This document shows, one piece after another, positions 10,792-20,921 of a stretch of DNA of 64,000 nt. Source of the stretch: Candidatus Poribacteria bacterium. GTDB lineage: Bacteria; Poribacteria; WGA-4E; WGA-3G. Where the stretch lies: the NCBI GenBank assembly GCA_965205015.1, contig OZ242029.1, forward strand, positions 4,640,001-4,704,000. Reading direction: 5' to 3'. The first letter of the stretch is position 1, and each line of letters begins with the position of its first letter. The notes beneath the pieces are model-generated. The model did not search any database. It worked only from the letters and a program-made list of their open reading frames with translations, and was not told the DNA's origin. Position numbers and translations under genes: made by a program.

Positions 10792-11208
10792 CTATTCTTC
10801 GGCGGCCTCGGGTGTTTCTGCGTCGGGTGTTGCTTCGTCAGACGAGGTATCCGTTTCAGGCGTTGCGTCCTGTGTCTCGGTAGGTTCGACTTCTTCCGTT
10901 TTTGCGACTTCTTCGACGGCTTCACTTCCCGGCATCGGTTTCCCTAATTTTTCGTACTCGAATTTCATCAAAATCCCGTTCTGGGTGAGCAGCCGCTTTG
11001 CGGTATCGGAAGGTTGTGCCCCCCGTCGTAACCACTTTAAGGCTTTCTCCTCATCAATGAAAACATCTGCCGGATCCGTCATAGGATTGTAATGACCGAG
11101 GCGTTCTAAAAACACACCATCCCTTTGTGCGCGGGCATCCGCCGCCACAAGTCGATAAAAAGGGCGTTTTTTTCTACCGTGTCGTTGTAATCTAATTCTA
11201 ACTGCCAA
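10792..11208 (-). CDS. rpsP: 30S ribosomal protein S16 with acidic C-terminal tail
   Basis: [25 protein letters not shown]; TTG start with AGGAG RBS. Confidence 0.97.
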   Translation of the reverse strand: MAVRIRLQRHGRKKRPFYRLVAADARAQRDGVFLERLGHYNPMTDPADVFIDEEKALKWLRRGAQPSDTAKRLLTQNGILMKFEYEKLGKPMPGSEAVEEVAKTEEVEPTETQDATPETDTSSDEATPDAETPEAAEE

Positions 11209-11338
11209 AAAATATCTCCTTTTATAGCAGTCGGAAACCATCGGAAACCTTCAGTAAGTCGTGTGGTATTTACAATTGTTTGCAACTGCCACAACGCTCT
11301 CTTGCCGACGGCTGACCGTTGACCGCTTTTTTCCTGCT

Positions 11339-12736
11339 CTATCGTGATTTGCGGCGTTTCCGTCTTCGGGGTTTCCGCGAGGTCTGTCGTTTCAAACCCG
11401 GCATCGCCCCCATTTTTCGACCCATCTTTGGCATCGCCATCGCCGCCTGCTGGTTTAGCATACGATTCATCATCTGCAACTGTGAAACCAGCATGTTTAT
11501 TTGATTGACTGTTGTTCCACTCCCTTTGGAAATGCGGAGTTTTCGACTTCTATCCAATAGCCGAGGATTCTTGCGCTCCTCAAGCGTCATTGAATGGATA
11601 ATCGCTTTCGCCGTTCGCAAATGGCTTTCATCGGGTGTAAGGTTTTCAACAGGCAACTGATTCTTAAAGGGCATGAGATCCATCAATTGATCCAAGGGTC
11701 CCATATTTTTAAGCTGTTCCAGTTGCGTGAGAAAATCGTCAAAATCTAAACCCTTATTTTCTGTGAGTTTACGTTCAAGTTCCTTCGCCTGATCTTCGCT
11801 GAAAACGTCTTCTGCTCTTTCAAGCAACGTTTGGAAATCGCCTTGTCCGAGGATGCGCGAAGACATCCGTTCAGGATGGAATTCTTCCAACGCCGCTGCT
11901 TCAACTTTTTCACCGACACTGATGAACTTAATCGGTTTCTGAGTGACATGCCGAATAGAGAGTGCAGCCCCGCCCCGAGCATCGCCATCCATTTTCGTGA
12001 GGATAACGCCATCAATCTCCAAATCCTTATTGAAATTCTCGGCGACATTCACGGCATCCTGACCCGTCATCGCATCAACGATCAGCAGGATCTCTGTCGG
12101 TTCAACGCGTTCTTTAATCTGCCGAAGTTCATCCATTAACGTCTCATCAACGTGCAGCCGTCCAGCAGTATCAATAATAACACAGTTATGCCCGTGTGCT
12201 AAGGCTTCCTTGACAGCTGACGCAGCAATGTCAACAGGAGAGACCTCTGTCCCCATTGAGAAGACCGGCGTTTCAGTCTGTTCGCCGAGAACCTGCAACT
12301 GCTTAATAGCGGCAGGTCGATACACATCAGCGGCAACAAGCAACGGTTTACGTCCCTCTTTGCGGAATCTAAGTGCTAACTTCGCCGCGACAGTCGTTTT
12401 ACCCGCACCTTGCAATCCCGCAAGCATAACGATTGTTGGGCCCCCCGGTGCGATCTGGATCTTTTCCGCCTTTTCACCCATCAATTGGGTGAGTTCTTCA
12501 CCAATGATTCGAGCAATTTGCAGTTCTGGTGTAAGACTCCCGAGTACTTCTTGTCCGAGTGCGCGCACTTTAATCCGCTCTATAAACTCACGTGTGACTT
12601 TATAGTTAACATCCGCTTCAAGAAATGCACGACGCACCTCACGCAGCGTATCAGAGATATTGTTCTCCGTTAACTTCCCCTGTCCCTTGAGCCTTTTGAA
12701 AGTGCTTTGTAACCTATCACTCAAGCTTTCAAACAT
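11339..12736 (-). CDS. ffh: signal recognition particle protein
   Basis: GLQGAGKTT, DTAGR, TKMDGDARGG, M domain. Confidence 0.98.
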   Translation of the reverse strand: MFESLSDRLQSTFKRLKGQGKLTENNISDTLREVRRAFLEADVNYKVTREFIERIKVRALGQEVLGSLTPELQIARIIGEELTQLMGEKAEKIQIAPGGPTIVMLAGLQGAGKTTVAAKLALRFRKEGRKPLLVAADVYRPAAIKQLQVLGEQTETPVFSMGTEVSPVDIAASAVKEALAHGHNCVIIDTAGRLHVDETLMDELRQIKERVEPTEILLIVDAMTGQDAVNVAENFNKDLEIDGVILTKMDGDARGGAALSIRHVTQKPIKFISVGEKVEAAALEEFHPERMSSRILGQGDFQTLLERAEDVFSEDQAKELERKLTENKGLDFDDFLTQLEQLKNMGPLDQLMDLMPFKNQLPVENLTPDESHLRTAKAIIHSMTLEERKNPRLLDRSRKLRISKGSGTTVNQINMLVSQLQMMNRMLNQQAAMAMPKMGRKMGAMPGLKRQTSRKPRRRKRRKSR

Positions 12737-12905
12737 CGTCCATGCGTCCTTTTCTGTAGGAATGAGATGTGCCTGCGCCCTGCGCTCGGTACTAAAATGT
12801 GTAATTATGAATTCCGTTGTCTAAAACACCCAAAATGTTCTATCACAGTTACATAAGTCCTGCTGTGTAAATCCGCGCAACGAGAAAATAATACCCAACT
12901 ATACA

Positions 12906-12934
12906 ATTATAGCAAATTTTACGCCTGATGTCAA
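12906..12934 (-). promoter_or_regulatory. consensus sigma70 promoter of the ffh operon
   Basis: TTGACA-17nt-TATAAT with TG extension on the minus strand. Confidence 0.75.
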
Positions 12935-12984
12935 ACTTTTTTTCATGCTTGACATAAACGCATACCTATGCTAAAACTATAGTT

Positions 12985-14076
12985 ATGAAAATAGCAATCC
13001 GTACACAGCAACATCAGAAATTCCCGTTCTGTAACCTCTTCATCTCCCTTATCTGTGCTTTAACTGCTCTCTATTGCGGATGCCAAGGCGAAACCTTCAA
13101 TCTCGATGTAGGTGGCACTTCAGAAATCATAGAGAAATCCGGTGAACTGACAGAAAATGAGGTTTGGGACGGACGCATCTATATTACCGACACCCTTGTT
13201 GTCCCAGCAGGCATCACGCTGACGATCCGATCCGGAACCATTGTCGGTTTTGAACCGATGGATACCCCAAGCCAACTCATTGTGCAGGGTGAACTCTATG
13301 CAGAAGGATCACCGGATAGGATGATTGTCTTCGGTTCCTTGGGAAGACTCCGCGATGACCAACAACAAACACCTGAAACAGAGACCCCCTTCACGCCGAT
13401 GACCTCAGCATTCGGTACGACGGGCATGACAGAAAACACCAGCACCGAAACTCAGATAACTTTAACCGCCGATCCGCCAAAAGCAGGAGATTGGGCGGGT
13501 ATTCAGATTGAAGCCGAAAGCCCGAACAGCCGGCTGACGTATTGCCGCATCCAACATGCGACTGTCGGCATCACCTGTCGAACAGATGCCGTCCAAATCG
13601 AGAGATGTCTCCTCAGTGAGAACAAAACTGGGGTACTTTCCGAAAATACCAGTCCAACGATTACCAGCAACGAATTTAATCGGAACGGCACAGGCACACA
13701 ATTCCGAGGCAGTGCATCACCGGATGTAGAATACAACGAGTTCACGGCTAACAATTACGGAATTATATGCGAAGATGACGCTCGCCCCCGTATTCAGTAT
13801 AACATCCTCCGCGCCAACTATGAGAACGCTATCGTCTGCTATTCCACTGCCTCACCAGAGATCGTCTCCAACAACATAACGTTGAACGTCGGCTGGGCAG
13901 TCTACGACGGCGGTAGGCTCCGGGACAACTTCATTCAAGGGAATAAACAGATTGGACCTAATATCACCGAACTCGGCACCGGCACACAAAGCGATCAGTT
14001 TTACGGTGTAGACGAAGCCTACGAACCCAGAAGTTCTCCGGTAACAGAAGCCGGTGTGCCACGCGAGAATTTTTAA
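12985..14076 (+). CDS. right-handed parallel beta-helix (NosD-like) putative lipoprotein
   Basis: hydrophobic N-terminus ending LYCGC; PxIxxNxFxxN repeats; GDWAGI. Confidence 0.7.
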   Translation: MKIAIRTQQHQKFPFCNLFISLICALTALYCGCQGETFNLDVGGTSEIIEKSGELTENEVWDGRIYITDTLVVPAGITLTIRSGTIVGFEPMDTPSQLIVQGELYAEGSPDRMIVFGSLGRLRDDQQQTPETETPFTPMTSAFGTTGMTENTSTETQITLTADPPKAGDWAGIQIEAESPNSRLTYCRIQHATVGITCRTDAVQIERCLLSENKTGVLSENTSPTITSNEFNRNGTGTQFRGSASPDVEYNEFTANNYGIICEDDARPRIQYNILRANYENAIVCYSTASPEIVSNNITLNVGWAVYDGGRLRDNFIQGNKQIGPNITELGTGTQSDQFYGVDEAYEPRSSPVTEAGVPRENF

Positions 14077-14090
14077 TCGGAAGTCGATAC

Positions 14091-15014
14091 ATGCGCCGAT
14101 TCAAAGCCTATCTCGAACTCATCCGCTATCCGCTTTTTGCGATTCCAATTGTCGCGACACTGCCGGGTGCGCTCATCGCCAGTGAAGGTCACTTTACACG
14201 GCGTGTCGCGGCAGCCCTGTTGATTGCACTCTGCGGCTACTTCGCCGGAATGATTAAAAACGACTACTTTCATCACGAAACAGATAAACACACCAATCCA
14301 GAACGTCCACTTCCATCACAGCGGCTGACCCCGCATCAGGCAATTGTTCCCGCGAGTATCATCTACGGGTTATGTGTGATTGGCGGCTTCTGGCTCAATA
14401 TCAAGGCTGGTCTGCTGGTAATGGGCTTAGTCGCTATCTCGCATCTCTACAACGCCATTTTCAAAGCAAAAGGGATCTTAGGAAGTCTTACGCTGCCCTT
14501 GGGCATTGGACTCCTGAGCGTCTTCGGCGCATTCGTCGTGAGTGGCAGCGTACCACGGTTGGTATGGTATGCCTTCGCCGCGACAACGCTTTACGATTTA
14601 GGCACGCATATTACGACCACCTTCAAAGACCTCTCGCGCGATAAAGAACTCGGCATCGTAACGACGCCGCTCCAGATTGGCATCCGTCCGGCACTCCTGC
14701 TCTCGGGGGTTGCCACGGTTCTCGCTTTCGCCATCGCTTTTTTGCCGTATTGGTTGGAACCAGATATCCACAAATCCTATATTGTTTGGGTAACCTTAGG
14801 CATCATCGCCACGGTTGGCACGCGTATTTCACTGTATCTCCAACCGAACGAGAAAAATGGCTATCTGGCGTTGAAAGGCTCGATGATCGGCTCAATTCTC
14901 TTTTTTCCGTGTCTCATTGGTGCCTTAGTCCCGATCGCTGTTTCTGCGGCAGTTATCGTGCCGTTGCTGTTGGTGACACTGTTTTTATTAAGAACAACGC
15001 GCCAAGAGGTTTAA
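14091..15014 (+). CDS. UbiA family prenyltransferase
   Basis: NDYFHHETDKHTNPERPLPS, KDLSRD, multiple TM helices. Confidence 0.85.
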   Translation: MRRFKAYLELIRYPLFAIPIVATLPGALIASEGHFTRRVAAALLIALCGYFAGMIKNDYFHHETDKHTNPERPLPSQRLTPHQAIVPASIIYGLCVIGGFWLNIKAGLLVMGLVAISHLYNAIFKAKGILGSLTLPLGIGLLSVFGAFVVSGSVPRLVWYAFAATTLYDLGTHITTTFKDLSRDKELGIVTTPLQIGIRPALLLSGVATVLAFAIAFLPYWLEPDIHKSYIVWVTLGIIATVGTRISLYLQPNEKNGYLALKGSMIGSILFFPCLIGALVPIAVSAAVIVPLLLVTLFLLRTTRQEV

Positions 15015-15130
15015 GGCGCGACTGTATGTGAAGAAAACTTAGGTCCCCTTATCTCTGAGAGGTAAGAACCTAATAAGAAACCGATGGTCGCCCCAACGGG
15101 ACGATCATAGCGAGGTTAAGAGTTAAAAAT

Positions 15131-16579
15131 ATGAAAAATATTGTTTTACTGATTACCGATACCTTTCGGTATGACAATCTTGGCGAACGGGCGCGCCGTC
15201 CGATCCGCACGCCAATGCTCGATAAATTTGAGGCAGAGCGCGCAACTGCTATCGACAAATTCTATATGAGCAGTTTCCCAACGGTGCCACACCGCACAGA
15301 TATTCTGACGGCAACGGTCGGGTGGCCCCACTACCCGTGGCAACCGATCGATCTGAGCGGACGGAGCGTCATCTCGCAACTCCTGAGCGAGCAGGGATAC
15401 GCAACGCAGCTTATCTGTGATACGCCACACCTGTTTAACGTCCGGTTCCAGCACTGTTTCGATGCGGCTTTCCAGCATCGTGGACAGGAAGGGGACAAAC
15501 CGCTTCTCCACCACAACGATGAGATAAAAATCGTTATGCCGAACGAGAAGACGCGCCCGCATCCGTCATTCAGAGGACACACGCTCCCGAACACCCATCG
15601 TTGGACGAACCGCTACTATCAGTACGAATCGGAGACGTTCTCCGGCAGGACTTCCGAGACCACGATTCGATGGCTGGAAGAGAACCACCGCTCGGGTCCG
15701 TTCTTCCTCTGGGTCGACTTCTTCGATCCGCACGAACCGTGGGATCCACCCGAATACCTCGTCAAACGATACGATCCCGATTACACGGGTCCGCCGATGC
15801 TACACCCGAACTACGGTCTGTCATCGCTCTTTACGGAGGCCGAATTGCACAACCTCTGGGCACACTATGCCGGTGAGGCAGAACTCATTGATCGACACAT
15901 CGGACGGGTGCTGCAGAAAGTGGAAGACTTGGAGTTATGGGACGATACCCTCGTTGTTGTATTGTCCGATCACGGCATGTCTATTGGCGAACACAGTAGA
16001 ACGGGTAAATCCAATATCGATCCAACGGATGAACGTTATTGGCCCACGTACCCTGAAATCAATCATGAGATGTTCCTGATTGCCGGTGGCGATGTTCCGA
16101 TGGGACAACGTCTCGATCTCATCGCACAACCGATGGATATTATGCCGACACTCTGTGAATTGGCTGGGGTTACTTTGGATCCACCAAAGCCGTTTGAGGG
16201 ACGCTCTTTTGCACGGGCACTCCGTAACGGCGATACCCAGCACAGGGAATATGCCGTAACGGGTTGCCATATTGGGGCACCGGACGGAACGGTTCCCCGT
16301 CGAGCTACAGTGCCGTTCCTCGTAACTAATCGTTGGGGATATGCACCTGTCGGTGAATACGGTAGACCGGAACTGTTCGACCTCCCCGCGGATCCGATAG
16401 CGGAGAACAACATCGCTGCGGATAATATGGAACTTGTCCAAGAGTTGCATGACATGTTTATGGCGCACCTCACGGCGCATAACGCCCCTGAGAACTTCCT
16501 TGATCTCTGGAAGGAAGAGCCCTCTGGCGACGGACGCGGCAAATGGTCGATCGACTATCCCGATGATTCAGATGCGTAA
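15131..16579 (+). CDS. sulfatase-family hydrolase with atypical TxPxR motif
   Basis: NIVLLITDTFR, DPHEPW, SDHG, QPMDIMPT, ELFDLPADP. Confidence 0.85.
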   Translation: MKNIVLLITDTFRYDNLGERARRPIRTPMLDKFEAERATAIDKFYMSSFPTVPHRTDILTATVGWPHYPWQPIDLSGRSVISQLLSEQGYATQLICDTPHLFNVRFQHCFDAAFQHRGQEGDKPLLHHNDEIKIVMPNEKTRPHPSFRGHTLPNTHRWTNRYYQYESETFSGRTSETTIRWLEENHRSGPFFLWVDFFDPHEPWDPPEYLVKRYDPDYTGPPMLHPNYGLSSLFTEAELHNLWAHYAGEAELIDRHIGRVLQKVEDLELWDDTLVVVLSDHGMSIGEHSRTGKSNIDPTDERYWPTYPEINHEMFLIAGGDVPMGQRLDLIAQPMDIMPTLCELAGVTLDPPKPFEGRSFARALRNGDTQHREYAVTGCHIGAPDGTVPRRATVPFLVTNRWGYAPVGEYGRPELFDLPADPIAENNIAADNMELVQELHDMFMAHLTAHNAPENFLDLWKEEPSGDGRGKWSIDYPDDSDA

Positions 16580-16600
16580 GAAATTTAGAAGATAGAATTC

Positions 16601-16640
16601 AAAAGAGGCTTTAGGGTACCTTTGCCTAAAGTCTCTTTTT
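16601..16640. terminator. intrinsic terminator (possibly bidirectional)
   Basis: AAAAGAGGCTTTAGG / CCTAAAGTCTCTTTT hairpin with A and T tails. Confidence 0.7.
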
Positions 16641-16703
16641 CTACGACGAAAATCGTTTTAATCGTATTGCATTTAATGTGATGTTAGTATAAAATACGGC
16701 TAT

Positions 16704-16775
16704 CTATGGTAGTTTGCGGGCAGCCACAAGGGCTGCCCCTACAAAATGTCAACATACTTTTATAATTCACCATAG
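16704..16775. repeat. short MITE (CTATGGT...ACCATAG) with GTAG-REP hairpin
   Basis: terminal IR; GGGCAGCC-ACAAG-GGCTGCCC-CTAC; right part similar to 49376-49434. Confidence 0.6.
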
Positions 16776-16840
16776 TAATGGGGACTGTGTCTTATAACGT
16801 TCGTATAAAAATTGAATACAACATCGGGAGGTAGATTTGA

Positions 16841-17668
16841 ATGAAGATTTTGACTGTAAGTCTCTTATCAATCTGTTTAATCGTAGTTTTAGGGACCCTC
16901 GGAGAAGCCGTCCGAGAGGATGAATTGGCACTCTATCTCTCCTTTGATGAAGGGGACAGTGAGATCGCCAAGGATAGGTCTCAACACGGAAATGATGGGA
17001 CCATTCACAAAGGAACGCGGGTAGAAGGCAAAATTGGCCAGGCAGTCGAACTCACCGGCGAAGCCGGTGGTTGGGTGGAAGTGCCAGATTCACCCTCGTT
17101 AGATATCACCGATGAAATCACCTTGATGTGTTGGGTGTATCCGACCGAGTTCACGAATGAGTGGTTCCGTATTATTGTGAAGACGTGGGCAGGGGATACC
17201 GCCCCGTGGATGGCTTATGGATTCTATGAATTTGGCGGTAATAATGGAAAGACAGGTTTCATTATCTCTGTTGATGGGGGCACAGAAAAACGGATCGGCG
17301 ATGGTGATACTTCCAACTTGCCTCTGGAGGAGTGGACACATATAACTGCCACCTACGATGGGAGCCAGATGAAACTTTACTATAATGGTGAAGTCGAAGT
17401 GGAAGGCGATGCCACAGGTACGATTGATACAAACGATGTCCCTGTGTCGGTTGGACGCAACAGTGAGGGAGAGCGGGAGCATTACATTGGACGCATTGAC
17501 GAGGTCGCTATCTGGAGTGTTGCGCTTGATCAAGATGAAATCAATGAGGCAATGGCTGGCGTTACGACTGCTGTCGAGGCAGAAGGCAAGTTGCCTATGA
17601 GCTGGGGTGCGCTAAAAGGCGAGTATCTGAGGGCACCGAAATCGTTTACCCCGCGAGAGCGTTGGTAG
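16841..17668 (+). CDS. secreted LamG/concanavalin A-like domain protein
   Basis: signal peptide; YLSFDEG, WTHITATYDG, LYYNG, GRIDEVAIW. Confidence 0.88.
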   Translation: MKILTVSLLSICLIVVLGTLGEAVREDELALYLSFDEGDSEIAKDRSQHGNDGTIHKGTRVEGKIGQAVELTGEAGGWVEVPDSPSLDITDEITLMCWVYPTEFTNEWFRIIVKTWAGDTAPWMAYGFYEFGGNNGKTGFIISVDGGTEKRIGDGDTSNLPLEEWTHITATYDGSQMKLYYNGEVEVEGDATGTIDTNDVPVSVGRNSEGEREHYIGRIDEVAIWSVALDQDEINEAMAGVTTAVEAEGKLPMSWGALKGEYLRAPKSFTPRERW

Positions 17669-17701
17669 CCGGTACTGCTTCACAACGAAAAGAACGAAGG
17701 G

Positions 17702-17732
17702 TGGGCATCGCGAATGTGATGCCCATTTTTTT
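17702..17732 (+). terminator. intrinsic terminator
   Basis: TGGGCATCGC-GAAT-GTGATGCCCA followed by a T run. Confidence 0.7.
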
Positions 17733-18240
17733 GGCAGATTATAAAAACATGTAACGTGAATTCAACATAAGCGCGAAGACATTCAGTGAAACACAATAGA
17801 CGCAGACATCAAAGAGAATTTGGGATTGACAAGCAAAACGACGGAATACTGAATGGATGCTTGGGTCTATGCAAATTTCACAGTAAGCATTTCGGAAAGA
17901 GGCTTTGTTACCCGCGTAGAACCCAGTCGTGGTATGGGTTTAGCGTCGTTTGGGAGACCTTGCACTTTTTGGGGTTTACTGTGAAATTTCTAAATTGTGA
18001 AGTTTGGATTAACATTTGGAAACCCAGTCACAGTGTGGGTTTGTCGCCTATGCAGCGTGTCAATCCATTTTGAGTTTACTGTGAAAATATCTATATGTTA
18101 AAACACGAATAACATAATATGTAATATTTTCATACTTTTCAGTGCAGTTAGGTGAAAGCCCCTACAAGGGAATCGGTTCCGGGTTAGGGGTCTCCGATAA
18201 AAGTGTGCACGTATTTTCAGGCTTTACTATAATTGCGGTT

Positions 18241-20631
18241 TTAGGAGAGTTTCGCTCGGATAGCATTTAAATCAGGTCCCTTTGGCATGATGAACAGGCA
18301 CTGTCCGCCGCTACGAGCCTCCCACAACTCACCAATTTCACGCTTTTCACGGGCATCGTCAGCCGACCAAAGTTGTAGTCCTTTGTATTCAACAACCAGA
18401 TAACGTCCATCGTTTAAAAGACAGACAAAATCAGGATAAAACCTATCGGTTGAAGTCTGGAGCCAGAAGGAGTGTTGAGGTTTGCGTTCAAGATTCCTCA
18501 CCCAAAATTTAACTTCAGGCAACATATCAATGAACTGCGCGCATTGGACTTCTTGACCATCTGACTTCAGATCCCCGACATCGGGGTAGTAATGCTTCTG
18601 GAATTGATAAGGACCTGTATAACGGGTGTTATAGGGATAACGGTGTGGCTCAAAGGAGAAGCAGTGGTCGGGTGAAACCACAATCGGCGTTGCACACTCA
18701 GGCAAGAGAAAGTTTTGATATGCAGCTTGGTGTACGTTTTGGCGATGGTTATCAATCTTCGCCTCAGCAGCATCTTTCAGAGCATACTTATTGCGTATGA
18801 GGATCCCTATTGGAATACCGCGATCTTCAATCAGATACTTGACCAATTGCTGTAGAAAAGGCAAAGACTCCCGCTGTAGAATATCAAGATGTTTAATGGT
18901 TCTATCAAGCCAGTTTGCGAGTTGTGCGGCATCCCAGTTGTCATCCGGTGCGAGAAAAGACATCTGCTGATGAAGTTGACCTAAAAAACGTATTTCTACT
19001 CTTCCTTCTTGAGAAAGACCAACTTCACCACTGGTTCCTGTTGTAAATTCAGATGGAAACTCTTCTTCAGAAAGTTCAGCATCGCATTCGGACAATTGCC
19101 ACACGGTTTCTAAAAATCGTGATGCCTCAAAGTCAATATACGTCTGGTTCCGCTTGACCATCAACTTTGGAACTTTAAAGACTTCACCGCGCGCAGCAGC
19201 GGTAGGCTCAGTATCAGGCTGTGTTGTGTCCTCAACAAACGGTAACTCACCTTGTTGTTCAGCGGCAGGACGGATAAGTTCAGAGGCTGCCTGTTTCTCA
19301 AATCCATTTTGGACAAGCCCATCGGTTAAGGCAGATGCGGCATCATAGAAGTTTTGGGAAGCAACGAAGGCGTAAGCACTATTCAACGATTCTTGCTTTT
19401 TGCGCTGTGCCTTCGGGAGACGCATAATCCTCCCTAATATCTGTTCAACAGCAGTAGAGGATCTCATTTCGGCAACAGAGCAGAGAACGTAGGCAAACGG
19501 ACAATCCCAACCCTCTCGCAACGCCTGCACGGTGATAACGTAGCGAATTTGACACTCTGGATCGTTGATGTCAACATTGTCAAGTCCTCTGTCTTCGCCT
19601 GTAGCACGCGCAATCTGGCATTCAGGAATTCCGTGTTCTTCAATTAGACATTTCTCAACGACTTCAACCGTCAAAGTTTCTCTGGTTTTACTTCTTGGCT
19701 GCGCCTGAATCAGCATAACAGGACGGATATATTCGCCTGTTTCTTGCCGTTCCCTCTCGGCATCCACCTCAAGGGTGTTACGCTGCGCAATGGCAGCATC
19801 AAGCAATCTTTTCCAATCCGGATCGGTCTCCAACTGAATTGGCATCTTGATCATGTCTTCGGCTTGAAGTTCAGCGGCAGAAACAGTATAGAGGACATTG
19901 GAAGGGTTCTGCTCCATATCAGGGGTGGCAGTGAATTCAATGATTGCAGATGGATTGAAGCGGGCGAGTGTTTCAAAAGAGAGTTCGGTTCGGGCATTGT
20001 GTGCCTCGTCAACGATGACAAGCGGACGCTTGACGCATAAAAGATTCGCAAGCGAATAGACAGGCTTACCATCCTCGCGCTCAACCTCCGAGAGGGTCTC
20101 CTCGGGAAGATGCGTGAAATGTCCCATCAACGCACCTGAAGGTTCATACACTTTGCGTCCATCGGTATCCTCAACGCGGAACGCTTGCATCGTGGAGACG
20201 ATAATTGTAGTTTTCGTATTGAGAATATGGGGTGACAGATAGAGCGCATCACCGATGGTGAGGATTTCAACGTTGTGTCTTGCAGACCTAAAAGCGTCTC
20301 TGTAGGGATGATTCGGATTTTTAAGGGCATTGAGCGTCTGATCGCGGATAGCGTTTGAAGGGACAAGCCAGAGGACAATTGGACTCTCCGTCTTTAAGAG
20401 TTCAGATGAGGTGATACTAACCGCATGGCATGCAACGAAGGTCTTACCACCACCTGTAGGCAGTCTGAGACAAACATAGGGCATACCCGGTAAGCCGTCG
20501 ACGAAGGCGTAAGGTCGTTGGGTAAGGTCATAGAATGCAGTGTTAGCGTTTTCGTACTGTAGGCATCTTTGGTAATATTCGGTCAGTGTTTCAAGGGTGC
20601 GTTCTTGGTATTCTTTGAGGGGTAGGTGCAT
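18241..20631 (-). CDS. res: type III restriction endonuclease Res subunit (SF2 helicase plus PD-(D/E)xK nuclease)
   Basis: LPTGGGKT, DEAH, FTATP, LREGWD, QILGRIMR, FYPDF...VVEYKG. Confidence 0.9.
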   Translation of the reverse strand: MHLPLKEYQERTLETLTEYYQRCLQYENANTAFYDLTQRPYAFVDGLPGMPYVCLRLPTGGGKTFVACHAVSITSSELLKTESPIVLWLVPSNAIRDQTLNALKNPNHPYRDAFRSARHNVEILTIGDALYLSPHILNTKTTIIVSTMQAFRVEDTDGRKVYEPSGALMGHFTHLPEETLSEVEREDGKPVYSLANLLCVKRPLVIVDEAHNARTELSFETLARFNPSAIIEFTATPDMEQNPSNVLYTVSAAELQAEDMIKMPIQLETDPDWKRLLDAAIAQRNTLEVDAERERQETGEYIRPVMLIQAQPRSKTRETLTVEVVEKCLIEEHGIPECQIARATGEDRGLDNVDINDPECQIRYVITVQALREGWDCPFAYVLCSVAEMRSSTAVEQILGRIMRLPKAQRKKQESLNSAYAFVASQNFYDAASALTDGLVQNGFEKQAASELIRPAAEQQGELPFVEDTTQPDTEPTAAARGEVFKVPKLMVKRNQTYIDFEASRFLETVWQLSECDAELSEEEFPSEFTTGTSGEVGLSQEGRVEIRFLGQLHQQMSFLAPDDNWDAAQLANWLDRTIKHLDILQRESLPFLQQLVKYLIEDRGIPIGILIRNKYALKDAAEAKIDNHRQNVHQAAYQNFLLPECATPIVVSPDHCFSFEPHRYPYNTRYTGPYQFQKHYYPDVGDLKSDGQEVQCAQFIDMLPEVKFWVRNLERKPQHSFWLQTSTDRFYPDFVCLLNDGRYLVVEYKGLQLWSADDAREKREIGELWEARSGGQCLFIMPKGPDLNAIRAKLS

Positions 20632-20663
20632 CTTTTTGTTTTGATGTTAGAGAAATATTAGAT

Positions 20664-20921
20664 TTATTCATAGACAGATGAACGATGCCCAATCCGGGAG
20701 ACTTCAACTGTTTGATAACACTTATCATAAGTATAGATAATTCGGTAGTCACCAGAAGGTAATTTGAATTTTCCTTTGTAGTTGCCTTTCAGTGCTCTAT
20801 GGGGCCATTGATCGCAATTCTCTCGCAGTAATTTAAGTTTACGGCGAATTTGCCTTCGGATTTTGCCATCCAAACGCTCTAAATCCCCTTCAGCAGCAGG
20901 AGTCAGTATCAATTCATACAT
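20664..20921 (-). CDS. RelE/ParE family toxin
   Basis: 85 aa, basic; YELILTPAAEGDL, GDYRIIY, IGHRSSVYE. Confidence 0.88.
   Translation of the reverse strand: MYELILTPAAEGDLERLDGKIRRQIRRKLKLLRENCDQWPHRALKGNYKGKFKLPSGDYRIIYTYDKCYQTVEVSRIGHRSSVYE

Noticed and set aside
12737-12905. SRP RNA or riboswitch upstream of ffh
   Set aside because: No SRP domain IV (GGAA tetraloop with AGCAG) or known aptamer was recognised.
17873-18090. CRISPR-like array or the 95-aa ORF 17786-18073
   Set aside because: Only two short degenerate units are present; the ORF lies across repeats and has no recognisable features.
17748-18130. Chromosomal dif site
   Set aside because: XerD-like arms are present but no convincing XerC arm at the 6-bp spacing; kept only as a tentative note.
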